Shown here: piece by piece, positions 53,197 to 61,916 of the stretch
Layout of the letters: each line of letters opens with the position of its first letter
Position numbering within the stretch: the stretch's first letter is position 1
From: an uncultured Candidatus Binatia bacterium
GTDB taxonomy: Bacteria > Desulfobacterota > Binatia > UBA9968 > CAXXLF01
NCBI GenBank assembly: GCA_965218425.1
Contig: OZ244621.1
Span: forward strand, 1,408,001 to 1,472,000
Direction: 5' to 3'
DNA: 64,000 bases
Position numbers and translations under genes: made by a program
Notes under the pieces: generated by a model
What the model was told of the DNA's origin: nothing
Database searches by the model: none
The model's input: only the letters and a program-made list of their open reading frames with translations

Positions 53197-53275
53197 AATG
53201 GCTATTCAATGAAAAATTTCAATTCAATCTGGTTAGCCCTTAAAGATAGTTTAGGAAGCGCATTTGGTAAAAATT

Positions 53276-54337
53276 CTAACGTGCGCTGAGTTCATGGACC
53301 GCTTCCACCATGGCCATCACATTTTCCACGGGTGTCTCGGGAAGAACGCCATGGCCCAAGTTAAAGATGTGTCCTGGTCTTCCTTTGGCTCGCTTTAATA
53401 TTTCGGAAACTCGGGCTCGAATCTCGGCCTGAGGCGCAAAGAGTACGGTCGGATCAAGGTTCCCTTGGACCCCAACATCGTAGCCCACGCGTTTCCATCC
53501 CTCCGCCAAATCCACACGCCAGTCCAGACCGATGACGTCACCTCCGGCATCTCGTATGTGCTTGAGCAACCCTGCGGTTCCCGTACCAAAGTGAATGACG
53601 GGAGTCCCCGGGGTCAACCCAGAGATCAATGCGCGCATGTGAGGGAAAACAAACTTCTGATAGTCATCCGGGGCCATGCATCCGACCCAGCTATCGAAGA
53701 TCTGGAGCACCTCTGCACCCGCCGTAATCTGCGCGTTCAGGTGCTTAATCAACGCGCGCGATAGGCGCTCCATCAGTGCATGCCACGCTCCTGGATCAGA
53801 ATAGAGAAGTTGCTTCGTGTAAACATAATTCCGCGAACCACCCCCTTCAATTAAATAGGACGCCAGTGTAAAGGGAGCACCGGCAAAACCAATCAATGGC
53901 ACCCGGCCATCGAGTGCTTTACGAATCTTCTTGACCGCCTCGAAAACAAAAGGAAGGGATTGCTCCGGATCCACTTCATTCAGACGATCTACATCGGCGC
54001 CAGTGCGAACCGGTCTGTGGATTACGGGTCCGTCGTTCTCGGAATACTCCAGTCCCACTCCCATGGGTTCAAGGAGCAAAAGAATATCACTAAACAAAAT
54101 GGCCGCGTCCACCCCCAGGCGCTCCACCGGTAAGAGGGCGATCTCCGCAGCCAGCTCCGGGTTTTTACATAGCTCCAGAAACTCAAATTCCGCCCTAACG
54201 TCTCGATACTCTTTCATATATCGCCCTGCCTGTCGCATGAGCCAAACGGGTGTGTAAGCTGTCTTTTCCCGACGGCAGGCTGCAAGAAACGGGTGATTTG
54301 ATTTGGTCATGGGCTTCTTGTGAGATCTAGGTTCCAT
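53276..54337 (-). CDS. hemE: Uroporphyrinogen decarboxylase
   Basis: [53 protein letters not shown]; start may be 54310. Confidence 0.97.
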   Translation of the reverse strand: MEPRSHKKPMTKSNHPFLAACRREKTAYTPVWLMRQAGRYMKEYRDVRAEFEFLELCKNPELAAEIALLPVERLGVDAAILFSDILLLLEPMGVGLEYSENDGPVIHRPVRTGADVDRLNEVDPEQSLPFVFEAVKKIRKALDGRVPLIGFAGAPFTLASYLIEGGGSRNYVYTKQLLYSDPGAWHALMERLSRALIKHLNAQITAGAEVLQIFDSWVGCMAPDDYQKFVFPHMRALISGLTPGTPVIHFGTGTAGLLKHIRDAGGDVIGLDWRVDLAEGWKRVGYDVGVQGNLDPTVLFAPQAEIRARVSEILKRAKGRPGHIFNLGHGVLPETPVENVMAMVEAVHELSAR

Positions 54338-54365
54338 TGCGGCGGCTGATGCAGACTATGACAGT

Positions 54366-54539
54366 GTCAACCCCGATCCAAAAAACTATGGGGAATGAGG
54401 CGGCGAAAACCATCTACCATTACCATCCACCATTTATTATGTACACGTCATGCGCGTCGCACATATATTTCGATCGGGGTTCAAACGTCTTGCATACGAT
54501 CGCGCAGAGCATCGCCATTTTTCTTGGATCGGGGTCAAT
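54366..54539. repeat. ~170 bp element bounded by inverted repeats (MITE/REP-like)
   Basis: ACCCCGATCCAA 54370-54381 / TTGGATCGGGGT 54524-54535, with partial extension; third partial copy GATCGGGGT at 54472-54480. Confidence 0.6.
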
Positions 54540-54561
54540 CGACGACAGCTCCTCGATTGCA

Positions 54562-55683
54562 TTAACGACCTGAGTTGTGAGGTTTCGCCGTACCGATGGC
54601 CTCGTCTCCATATTTTTCTCGAATCCGGTCGATGCCACGGTACAATTTTTCCAGTGTTTGGCGTTTCTGATGATCGAAAATGGACTCCTGCCAGCCTTTG
54701 CTTTGCAGATTACTCGCACTTACGCCCAATAGACGAATGGATCCACCTCGTGTGATATTTTTCTTCAAAAGATGGCGCGCCACCTCGAAGATTTCTCGAT
54801 CAAAACAGGTCGGAGCTTGGAGAGTTTGGGAACGGGTGATGGTTTTGAAATTGGTATAACGAATCTTCACGGTAATACGCCGTGCGTAGGAACCGTGATG
54901 GCGCAACCGTCCGCCAACTTCCTCGATCAACCTCCACAACACCTCCTCCATTTCCTCTACTTTCTGGATTGGTTTATCCAAGGTGGTTTCGTTCCCAATG
55001 GAATGATCGTGAACCCTTTCTTCCTGTTCATTATCATCAAGGCCAAGATGACGGTTTCTGAAATCAGGGTGCTTCAGGAGATCGGCAATGGTTTTGATTC
55101 CCATCTGAGACAATTCTTTATGGGTCTTTGGGCCGACTCCTGGAATAGCCTTGACCGGCAACGGTGAGAGAAAACTACGTTCTGCTTGAGCAGGCACATA
55201 GATTAGCCCATGTGGTTTGGCATAGGTTGCAGCCATCTTTGCCAAGACACGGCTGGTGGAAAGCCCTCCCGAGCATGGGAGACCCAGCTCCGCGTTTACG
55301 CGGTTGATTATGTCATGGGAGGTCTTTAGTGGTGCACCCAGAAGCCTCTCGGTCCCTGTGAGGTCCACGAGCCCTTCGTCGATGGAAATGGCGTGCACTT
55401 CGGGTGAATATTCATCCAGAAGGGCGAAGACCTTCTCAGAATACTCGCTATAAACCCGCCGGCGGCTTGGCAAGAAGATCCCCTGGGGACAGAGTTTTCT
55501 CGCCTGGAAACCCGGCATGGCTGAATGAACTCCGTATTTTCTAGCCTCGTATGAGGCAGAGGTAACAACTCCTCGACCACTGGCACCTCCCACAATGACG
55601 GGCTTGCCCTCCAAGGCAGGATCCAGCACCCGCTCTACAGAGACGTAGAATGAATCCATATCAACGTGAAGATACCAGCGCAC
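54562..55683 (-). CDS. dinB: DNA polymerase IV
   Basis: HVDMDSFYVSVE, SYEARKYGVHSAMP, SIDE, AK.A....KP.G, IPGVG, IRLLGV. Confidence 0.95.
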   Translation of the reverse strand: MRWYLHVDMDSFYVSVERVLDPALEGKPVIVGGASGRGVVTSASYEARKYGVHSAMPGFQARKLCPQGIFLPSRRRVYSEYSEKVFALLDEYSPEVHAISIDEGLVDLTGTERLLGAPLKTSHDIINRVNAELGLPCSGGLSTSRVLAKMAATYAKPHGLIYVPAQAERSFLSPLPVKAIPGVGPKTHKELSQMGIKTIADLLKHPDFRNRHLGLDDNEQEERVHDHSIGNETTLDKPIQKVEEMEEVLWRLIEEVGGRLRHHGSYARRITVKIRYTNFKTITRSQTLQAPTCFDREIFEVARHLLKKNITRGGSIRLLGVSASNLQSKGWQESIFDHQKRQTLEKLYRGIDRIREKYGDEAIGTAKPHNSGR

Positions 55684-55692
55684 AGCTCCCCG

Positions 55693-55721
55693 AGATTAGG
55701 TGAGGCTGTGACATATGTCAA
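55693..55721 (-). promoter_or_regulatory. Putative dinB sigma70 promoter overlapped by a 12-bp palindrome
   Basis: TTGACA-17 nt-TAATCT; palindrome TGACATATGTCA at 55709-55720. Confidence 0.6.
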
Positions 55722-55732
55722 ATTGCCACCCA

Positions 55733-55945
55733 AACGCGCTAAGCGTATAGCGCAATGCGACTAACTAAGTGACGAGCAACAAGTGCTGAGGACCGAGTGA
55801 GAAGTGTAAAGAGACAACGGACTACGAAAAACCGACTACAGACTCCCAGTCGTCAACCCCTGGATCTGGGTCATAGGTTAGTCGTCGGTGGTCAGCGGTC
55901 TCGAATCCGAAAGGACGCTATGCGTCTGGCGCTATGCCTTTTGCT
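55733..55945. repeat. Nested inverted heptamer-repeat element
   Basis: Outer arms GCGCTAAGCGTATAGCG / CGCTATGCG..CGCTATGC; inner arms GAGAC..GACTAC..GACTAC / TAGTC..GGTC..GGTCTC. Confidence 0.7.
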
Positions 55946-55965
55946 CTGACCGATCCGTGGTCAGG

Positions 55966-55992
55966 CTTGACCTAAGAAATACTTAGGTTAAG
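55966..55992 (+). promoter_or_regulatory. Putative operator (11-bp inverted repeat) over the promoter of the PPOX gene
   Basis: CTTGACCTAAG-AAATA-CTTAGGTTAAG (1 mismatch); contains TTGACC; 37 nt before the ATG. Confidence 0.6.
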
Positions 55993-56029
55993 AATTCTAG
56001 AGGAAACGATTTCATAGGAGGCAAGCCAT

Positions 56030-56428
56030 ATGGTTACGACGATTCCCGAAAAGTTCAAAGACCTTGTCACGAAACAGGCCTTTGCCCACCTTGCTACATT
56101 AATGCCAGACGGTAGTCCCCAGGTTACCCCTGTATGGTTTGACTACGATGGAACCCACATCCTCATCAACACAGCCAAGGCAAGGATCAAAGATAAAAAC
56201 ATGCGAGATCAAAAACAAGTGGCTCTTTCCATCCTGGACCCGGATAACCCGTACCGTCACATGGCCGTGCGCGGTGAGGTGGTGGAAATCACCGAGGAGG
56301 GCGCCGACGCTCATATTGACAAGATGGCCAAGAAGTACCTGGGGAAGAACAAGTACCCCTTTCGACAGCCTGGTGAGGTGCGCGTTCTCTACAAGATCCG
56401 CCCCGAGAAAATCGCAACCATGGGATAG
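56030..56428 (+). CDS. PPOX-class (split beta-barrel) probable F420-dependent oxidoreductase
   Basis: AHLAT..PDGSPQVTPVWF, K.KN..D..VALSI.DP.NPYR, IDK.AKKY.G..YP. Confidence 0.9.
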   Translation: MVTTIPEKFKDLVTKQAFAHLATLMPDGSPQVTPVWFDYDGTHILINTAKARIKDKNMRDQKQVALSILDPDNPYRHMAVRGEVVEITEEGADAHIDKMAKKYLGKNKYPFRQPGEVRVLYKIRPEKIATMG

Positions 56429-56447
56429 GGAGCGGCGCCGACGCCAA

Positions 56448-56766
56448 AAACGCAAAGCGCATGGAGCATAGTGCAAAGCGTGGGGAACAGCGGGCGGTAT
56501 GCAGTTAGCGGCAGACAGCGGGACGCACATCGTGATAGATCTCCAGTGTAAAACGTTACGCTACGCCCTCTATTCAGTTTTTTGCTGCCCTCTGTACACT
56601 GCCTTCTATCTTTCTGTTATTCTGTGGTCCGAGACCCAGTCCCCAGCACTCGGAACTCAGTACCAAATAGGAGTTGTTCTGAACCGTCTGAACGCTATGC
56701 GCTTTGCGCCATGCACTATGCCCTTTGCTGTTAAGTATTTGTGTTAATCTGCGAAAATCTGCGGTT
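56448..56766. repeat. Composite nested repeat element between convergent genes
   Basis: GCAAAGCGCATGGAGCATAGTG / CGCTATGCGCTTTGCGCCATGCACTATGC arms, plus CTCAG-type and ATCTGCG-type units. Confidence 0.75.
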
Positions 56767-56837
56767 GTTTGCAGTTAGGATTCGGCCTAGACCGCGGCGT
56801 TGGCTTCATCAATGGCTCTGCGAATCTCCGCCTTGGC

Positions 56838-57692
56838 TCATTGCGGTATGGCCGGGACGGGCCAGCGTGGGTACTGTTTCAATGGGAACCCCATGTAGCG
56901 TAGACCTTCCGTGTACGCAGCCCGACCACAGCTCTGTCCTAGACGAATAAAAACCGCATGAAAGCGGATCACGGCCTCCTGCAAACGACCCGCCTCAACG
57001 TCCTTCCTCTGCTCCACAGCACGCACCAAGGCCACTCCAACGTCCGGTGCCAACGTGAGAGGCGGACTGACGGTGCCGGTAATGCCACAACGAAGGCCCG
57101 GGTAGAGGGAACTGGCCAATACAAACAATCCAAAATCCGGTCCCAATGCTTCCCGGTACTCCATCGCATCGTCGATGGACCCCATGGCCAGCTTAGCCCC
57201 AAACAATCTGGGGGCTACCTCACGCATCCTGCGGAGTCTGGCAGGGATCACCGGGTACCCCTGGTATTTGGGATTGTTGTAGAAAAAGAGTGGCATCTTG
57301 AGGGCGTCATCAAGAAACCTAACATGTTCCAATATCTCCGCCTCTGAGCGGTCACTATAATAGTAGGGTCCAACAATACCCACGGCATCCGCGCCCTCCG
57401 CTCGGGCATGGAGCCCTAGCTCCCTGGATGTATAAGGATCCACCGCACCGATATGAACCACAATAGGAACCTTCCCATGCACTCGCGCCATAATCACTTC
57501 GAGTCCTCGCTTCCGTTGTTCCACCGACATTGCTGGACCTTGGCCATAGGAACCAAATACGAACAGCGACTCTACTCTCCGTTCCACATAATAACCCGCC
57601 ATTTCAGCGAGTAGTTTCTCGTCCAAGCCCCCATCTCCGTCGAAAGGAGTGGGCAATGGAAGAAGCATGCCTTTCACACCTTCGTGTCCCAT
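56838..57692 (-). CDS. DapA/DHDPS-family class I aldolase; C-terminal helix cut off by an in-frame TGA
   Basis: LPTPF, FGSYGQG, VHIGA, GAD, PYY, YNNP, catalytic Lys in FGAKLA; the frame continues for 16 codons past the TGA to a TAG at 56787. Confidence 0.85.
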   Translation of the reverse strand: MGHEGVKGMLLPLPTPFDGDGGLDEKLLAEMAGYYVERRVESLFVFGSYGQGPAMSVEQRKRGLEVIMARVHGKVPIVVHIGAVDPYTSRELGLHARAEGADAVGIVGPYYYSDRSEAEILEHVRFLDDALKMPLFFYNNPKYQGYPVIPARLRRMREVAPRLFGAKLAMGSIDDAMEYREALGPDFGLFVLASSLYPGLRCGITGTVSPPLTLAPDVGVALVRAVEQRKDVEAGRLQEAVIRFHAVFIRLGQSCGRAAYTEGLRYMGFPLKQYPRWPVPAIPQ

Positions 57693-57830
57693 GGGTCTAT
57701 ACCCCTTTCCCTGTCAAGTTCACTGCTTGAAGTCTCGTTTTAACTCGTATGATACAGAGAGAAAGTTCCCAAGTCCAAATTGGTTTCAATCAGGCGGATT
57801 CGAAATCGCTCACTTAGTCCTTGGAATCTT

Positions 57831-58907
57831 TCAAGAGAGAAATCGCGGGATCACTTCTTTCCCCAAGAGGCGAAGCGCCTCTGGAATATCTGGACCCAGA
57901 GGAACGCCGATTACCAACTGATCGAAATCTAACTCCGCAAGGTGTCCTTTTAATTCGGAGCATCTTTCAATACATTCTTCCGGGGTTCCTGCGAAAACAA
58001 ACCCTGCTTTTTTCACCAAGTCGTCCGATACTCGTCGGGCCGCCTCGTCTACGCCTAGACCCTTGAGATAGGCCTCAGCAACGCGGCCTACTTCTTCGCG
58101 GTCCAGTCCAAGAGTATCCAGAACCTCGGGATAGCGGATGAATGTCCCAGACAAACCATAGGAGCTGTTCCTCTTTGCCCAATCCATGGCGCGCTTTCCA
58201 TCTCGAGACACCGAGATGTGAATGTTATAGATTTTCTTAAACGAACGCCCGGTGTCTGAGCGGCCGCGTGCTGATTCGACGGCCTCTGCAGCCTGCTTCA
58301 ACAGGCCTCTCTGAACACCGCGGAAAGACGTGCGAGCCACCAATTGAGAAAAGATTACACCATCTGCAAACTTCCCAGCCACCTCGTACATCTTCGGACC
58401 CCCGGCGGCAAGGTAGACGGGAACTTGATCTGGGGGAGGAAAATAAAGGCGCGCGCTGGATTTCGTATTGTAACGAAACCGACCCGCAAGCTGGGGGAAC
58501 CCTCCCAGTTCAACCGACCCACCCGCTAGAAGCCCCCTTATCAGTTGGACGCTTTCTGCCATCACCGATACGGGATTCCGTTTCTCAGCCGTCACCTGAA
58601 CCTGTACTGCTCCGCCCACGCCCAGTCCGATCGCAACCCCCCGTCCCGGATGAGCAAGCTTGGCAATGGAAGCGTATCGCTGAGCCAAGTCCAACGGGTT
58701 GCGCCAGGGAAAGGTCACCATGGGTCCAACAGAGACGTCTAGACTCATGGCCATGGCGGCCAGGATCGTGCTGCAGTCCTCATACTGGAACTCGTCACAC
58801 ATCCAGATGGAATGAAACGGGTACTCTTGGAGTGCCTGCTTACCGTAGGTAACGAGGCTTTTAATGGAATCCCAGGGCCAAAATTGAGTTCCCACTTCTA
58901 ATGCCAT
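57831..58907 (-). CDS. LLM class flavin-dependent oxidoreductase (Mer-like)
   Basis: SIW..DE, VGP.VT.PW.NP, IGLG.G, VPVYLAA.GPKM..AG..ADGV, FAGTPEEC, G.PLGPD. Confidence 0.85.
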   Translation of the reverse strand: MALEVGTQFWPWDSIKSLVTYGKQALQEYPFHSIWMCDEFQYEDCSTILAAMAMSLDVSVGPMVTFPWRNPLDLAQRYASIAKLAHPGRGVAIGLGVGGAVQVQVTAEKRNPVSVMAESVQLIRGLLAGGSVELGGFPQLAGRFRYNTKSSARLYFPPPDQVPVYLAAGGPKMYEVAGKFADGVIFSQLVARTSFRGVQRGLLKQAAEAVESARGRSDTGRSFKKIYNIHISVSRDGKRAMDWAKRNSSYGLSGTFIRYPEVLDTLGLDREEVGRVAEAYLKGLGVDEAARRVSDDLVKKAGFVFAGTPEECIERCSELKGHLAELDFDQLVIGVPLGPDIPEALRLLGKEVIPRFLS

Positions 58908-59020
58908 GGTGTCGTCTCCTCTAACGAAGCTCTCGACTTGCTTGTAACTGCGCTTCTTCGGGGGTCTTGTCCACTAAAACAACAATCCCCAGCGCTCCTC
59001 ACGTTATCGCATCGTTGGCC

Positions 59021-59779
59021 TTAACCTCTTCGATACTCCTCTAACCCAGCTCTAAGCATCTGTGCGTGCAGATCTACCGAAGTCTTAGCACAGTACTCCA
59101 TGCCGTATCCGGGTCTCTCCTCCGCCATGCCATCCTCCAAGAGACGGCGCAGCACAGCTCGGTTAAACGAACCGTGCGCCATAATACCCTCCTCATGCTC
59201 CTCCAGATCAGCCTCCTCGTGGGTACCGAAATACGTGGCCTCCTGATCACTAAAACCGTATTTCTGAGTCAGTGCGGCACGGAAATCTTTGGACCAGTGA
59301 CCGATCATCTCCTCGGTACAGATGGAAGACCACCATTCAGCTACCGTCCCTTCATAGAGCAGAGTCCGAACAAAATCGATCTTTCCACGGAACATGGGCA
59401 ATAGCGGCTGCATAAAGATCTCCTCTTCGGCGATACCAAGCGCCTTGGCGGTCTGCAGCATGACCAGGTAGTGACCCGGCGGCTTCGGATGAATAAATTC
59501 GTCGGCAATCTTCACCCCTAACGGAGCCATCAAATCCCTGTGCTTTTTGAAAAAAGGCAAATGCTTCTGGTAGGTGGAAGCCACGATGGTATTGATTTCG
59601 ATGGTATACGCCCCCCAATTGCGGAAGAAGAGTTTGATGGCGCCTTTCGGCAGCTCACCCTTTATCAGCGAGGCCATAAATTCACCTTGGGTTACCACTT
59701 CCCCCCATCGTTTCGCTACGATGCTATATAGATTGTCAACAGCGGCCTTGGCCGCCTCGGACGACAGTTTCTCCGCCAT
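59021..59779 (-). CDS. PqqC/TenA/CADD-like heme-oxygenase-fold iron redox enzyme (HDO)
   Basis: G.L.K.....F..NW, DE..H....GH, TEE, YF.THEEADLEEH diiron-type ligand pattern. Confidence 0.75.
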   Translation of the reverse strand: MAEKLSSEAAKAAVDNLYSIVAKRWGEVVTQGEFMASLIKGELPKGAIKLFFRNWGAYTIEINTIVASTYQKHLPFFKKHRDLMAPLGVKIADEFIHPKPPGHYLVMLQTAKALGIAEEEIFMQPLLPMFRGKIDFVRTLLYEGTVAEWWSSICTEEMIGHWSKDFRAALTQKYGFSDQEATYFGTHEEADLEEHEEGIMAHGSFNRAVLRRLLEDGMAEERPGYGMEYCAKTSVDLHAQMLRAGLEEYRRG

Positions 59780-59806
59780 CAGATTCTCCCCCTTAGTTTC
59801 ATTGTT

Positions 59807-60862
59807 TTAAAATTCGGCTAGCTCACCTTGCTGGGTGATCATGAGCCCGATATTCTCCATGGCTGGACGACCCGTATGGACCAGGATTCGGGCCGGCTCT
59901 TTTCCCGTGTTGAAGTGCTGGTGCCACGAGAAGACCGGGATCGCTAAACTATCACCTTTTTTCCATTCATAGCGCTTGTCTTCAATGATGCTGTATCCCT
60001 CTCCTGACAGAATGTGGTTGACCTCTTCGTAGTGATGCCGATGGGCACCTGAGCGTTTTCCCGGCCCGATTTCAGCCACCAGAGTAGACATAACCTTCAC
60101 ATGGAAGCCGATCTTAGGGTCCACCACAGGTGCCACCCATCCCATGGGAGTTTTCTCAAACTTGAGGTCCTTCCCTTTTACCAGGACTTTTCCCTTCCTC
60201 CTCTCTTCTTCCTCCATTTCGGCAAACTTTAACTGATCAAAATAAAGTCTCGCCGCAGTCGAATTATTGAACTGCGAGAGTTCCATTCCAGAGGGCACAC
60301 CCCGCTGTGCGTCGGGGATTTCCGTTGCCCCGGGGATGAGGCTTTTCATTGCATCATCGCCCTTCTGAGCAAATACCCAATATTCCGGGTATCGTTCGTC
60401 CTCGTATATGGCAACCCCGATCCCCATAGATAAGGGTCCCGTGGTGGAGGCCACATAGACCATATCATCGTCCGAGAGATTGACATGCCGGTGCCAGGCA
60501 AAGACCGGAACACACAGGAAATCGCCCTCTTCCCAGTCGTAGCGAACGCCATCGATGATACTGTATCCATGACCTTTGACAATATAAATGACCGCCTCCA
60601 CAGTATGGCGATGGCCCATGGTCTTCCACTCATTGTTCTCTTCCCCTGGCTGAAAACCGTTGATCCAGAAGCGAATGATCCTCGCATTGAAACCGAGCCT
60701 CGGATCCACAAGCAGAACCCAGTTGTGCCCATGGAAATCACGGTCAATCTTCTCCCTTGGAATATGAACGGGGGCTTTTTCCCGCCTCTTCAACTCTTCC
60801 TTCGCGAAGGTCACCTGCTCCATGTACATTTTTAAATATTCTTCATAACTTGGGCCGGCCAT
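59807..60862 (-). CDS. Bicupin protein, gentisate 1,2-dioxygenase-like
   Basis: Two cupin halves: HRHTVEAVIYIVKG.GYS..W..GD...P..AWH.H.N and HRHHYEEV.HILSG.GYS..W..GD...P..SWHQH.N. Confidence 0.85.
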   Translation of the reverse strand: MAGPSYEEYLKMYMEQVTFAKEELKRREKAPVHIPREKIDRDFHGHNWVLLVDPRLGFNARIIRFWINGFQPGEENNEWKTMGHRHTVEAVIYIVKGHGYSIIDGVRYDWEEGDFLCVPVFAWHRHVNLSDDDMVYVASTTGPLSMGIGVAIYEDERYPEYWVFAQKGDDAMKSLIPGATEIPDAQRGVPSGMELSQFNNSTAARLYFDQLKFAEMEEEERRKGKVLVKGKDLKFEKTPMGWVAPVVDPKIGFHVKVMSTLVAEIGPGKRSGAHRHHYEEVNHILSGEGYSIIEDKRYEWKKGDSLAIPVFSWHQHFNTGKEPARILVHTGRPAMENIGLMITQQGELAEF

Positions 60863-61050
60863 GTTTGAGGATCCTCCTTGAATAATTAGGATTGTATCTA
60901 ATCACACGCCCTCCCTGAGGGTCAAGAGACTGATCCTTCCCTGCTCTAGAGCCCCTGTGGAGGCCCACGTCTGACCATGAGCTTGCATTACGGCATTGCA
61001 GGGAGGAAAATAATTATAGTACCACCGAATTCTAGGAGCCAACTGCAACC

Positions 61051-61276
61051 ATGCCCAAGGCCTTTCTCGCTGTATCATGTGACGATGTACGGGAGGAGAT
61101 GAGAGGAAAAGTCAGCCTGATGGGTATCTTTAGTCAGTTCATGGTCGCTGATTTTTCTAAACCTCTTCCTCGTTTCCGCCTTTTCGCAAAGATAGGATTT
61201 GAGAGCGACGGAAACCACCCGTTTATCATCAGACTCCGAAGCGTCGAAGGGCAGACCATCTTTGAGCTCCGTGGCG
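61051..61276 (+). pseudogene. Truncated small beta-rich hypothetical gene (DUF6941-like)
   Basis: CDDVREE..GK.SL.GIF motif; sequence runs into the IS3 remnant. Confidence 0.55.
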
Positions 61277-61445
61277 CCGTGTCGCCAGCACAGATCTGAG
61301 GTCTTTACCCCCGCCTCCGCTTCCTTCAACACCCCTATTATCTGCTCCTCGCTGAATCGCTTCCCCTTCATTCTGTCCTCCTTTCGCTCCCTAAACCGCA
61401 GGAGGACTAACTTTCAAAATGGTCTAGTTTTTGGGGGGCAGGTCA
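61277..61445 (-). mobile_element. IS3-family remnant (left IR and OrfA N-terminus)
   Basis: Minus strand begins TGACCTGCCCCCC (IS3-type TG end); RBS AGGAGG; ATG 61371 MKGKRFSEEQIIGVLKEAEAG..TSDLC.RHG, then truncated. Confidence 0.85.
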
Positions 61446-61532
61446 TCTGGGGTATCAACTTTAAGTGGGAATTCGGCACCGGCTCTCTCGCTTCCTGGAT
61501 GAAAGCTAAAAAGAGCTAAGCCGCAAAAAACT

Positions 61533-61632
61533 AGCCGCAGACTTACGCAGATTATCGCAGACACAATTTTTTATGCCCTGCGGGGAATTTTCAGCCGTTT
61601 CGGCTGAAAGCAAATCTGTGTCAGTCTGCGTC
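61533..61632. repeat. CGCAGA-type inverted repeat element
   Basis: GCCGCAGACTTACGCAGATTATCGCAGACAC / AATCTGTGTCAGTCTGCG; internal hairpin TTTCAGCCG/CGGCTGAAA. Confidence 0.7.
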
Positions 61633-61656
61633 CATAAAGTGTTACCAATCAGATAT

Positions 61657-61676
61657 TGACTCATAGATATGAGTCA
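61657..61676. promoter_or_regulatory. Palindromic putative operator
   Basis: TGACTCAT-AGAT-ATGAGTCA, overlapping a TTGACT hexamer. Confidence 0.45.
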
Positions 61677-61916
61677 TATGGGATCCTAGCGGGATGGAAA
61701 AGGGACGGAACATTGAACCGCGTGCTCAAACGGTGGTTGCCGTACATGGATTTTTTCAAATCAGTCTTAGGATAATGCTCCTCTATGGCTCAAACCCGTC
61801 CTGGGGACTCGTAAACTTCTCTTTCAAAATCTGCGGTTTTAGGACAATTTGGACGAGCTGAGGTAGACATTCCCTCCAGGGTGAGGTAAGAGCCGTCAGG
61901 TTGGGCGATTAGGGCA

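Noticed and set aside
54420..54719. 99-aa ORF downstream of dinB
   Set aside because: Overlaps dinB in another frame and runs through the inverted-repeat element
55733..56766. CRISPR array
   Set aside because: The repeats are short, degenerate and inverted, with no constant 23-47 nt direct repeat or regular spacers; no cas genes
56838..56840. Selenocysteine at the in-frame TGA
   Set aside because: The position is in a non-catalytic C-terminal linker, no Cys is expected there, and I see no convincing SECIS-like hairpin directly downstream
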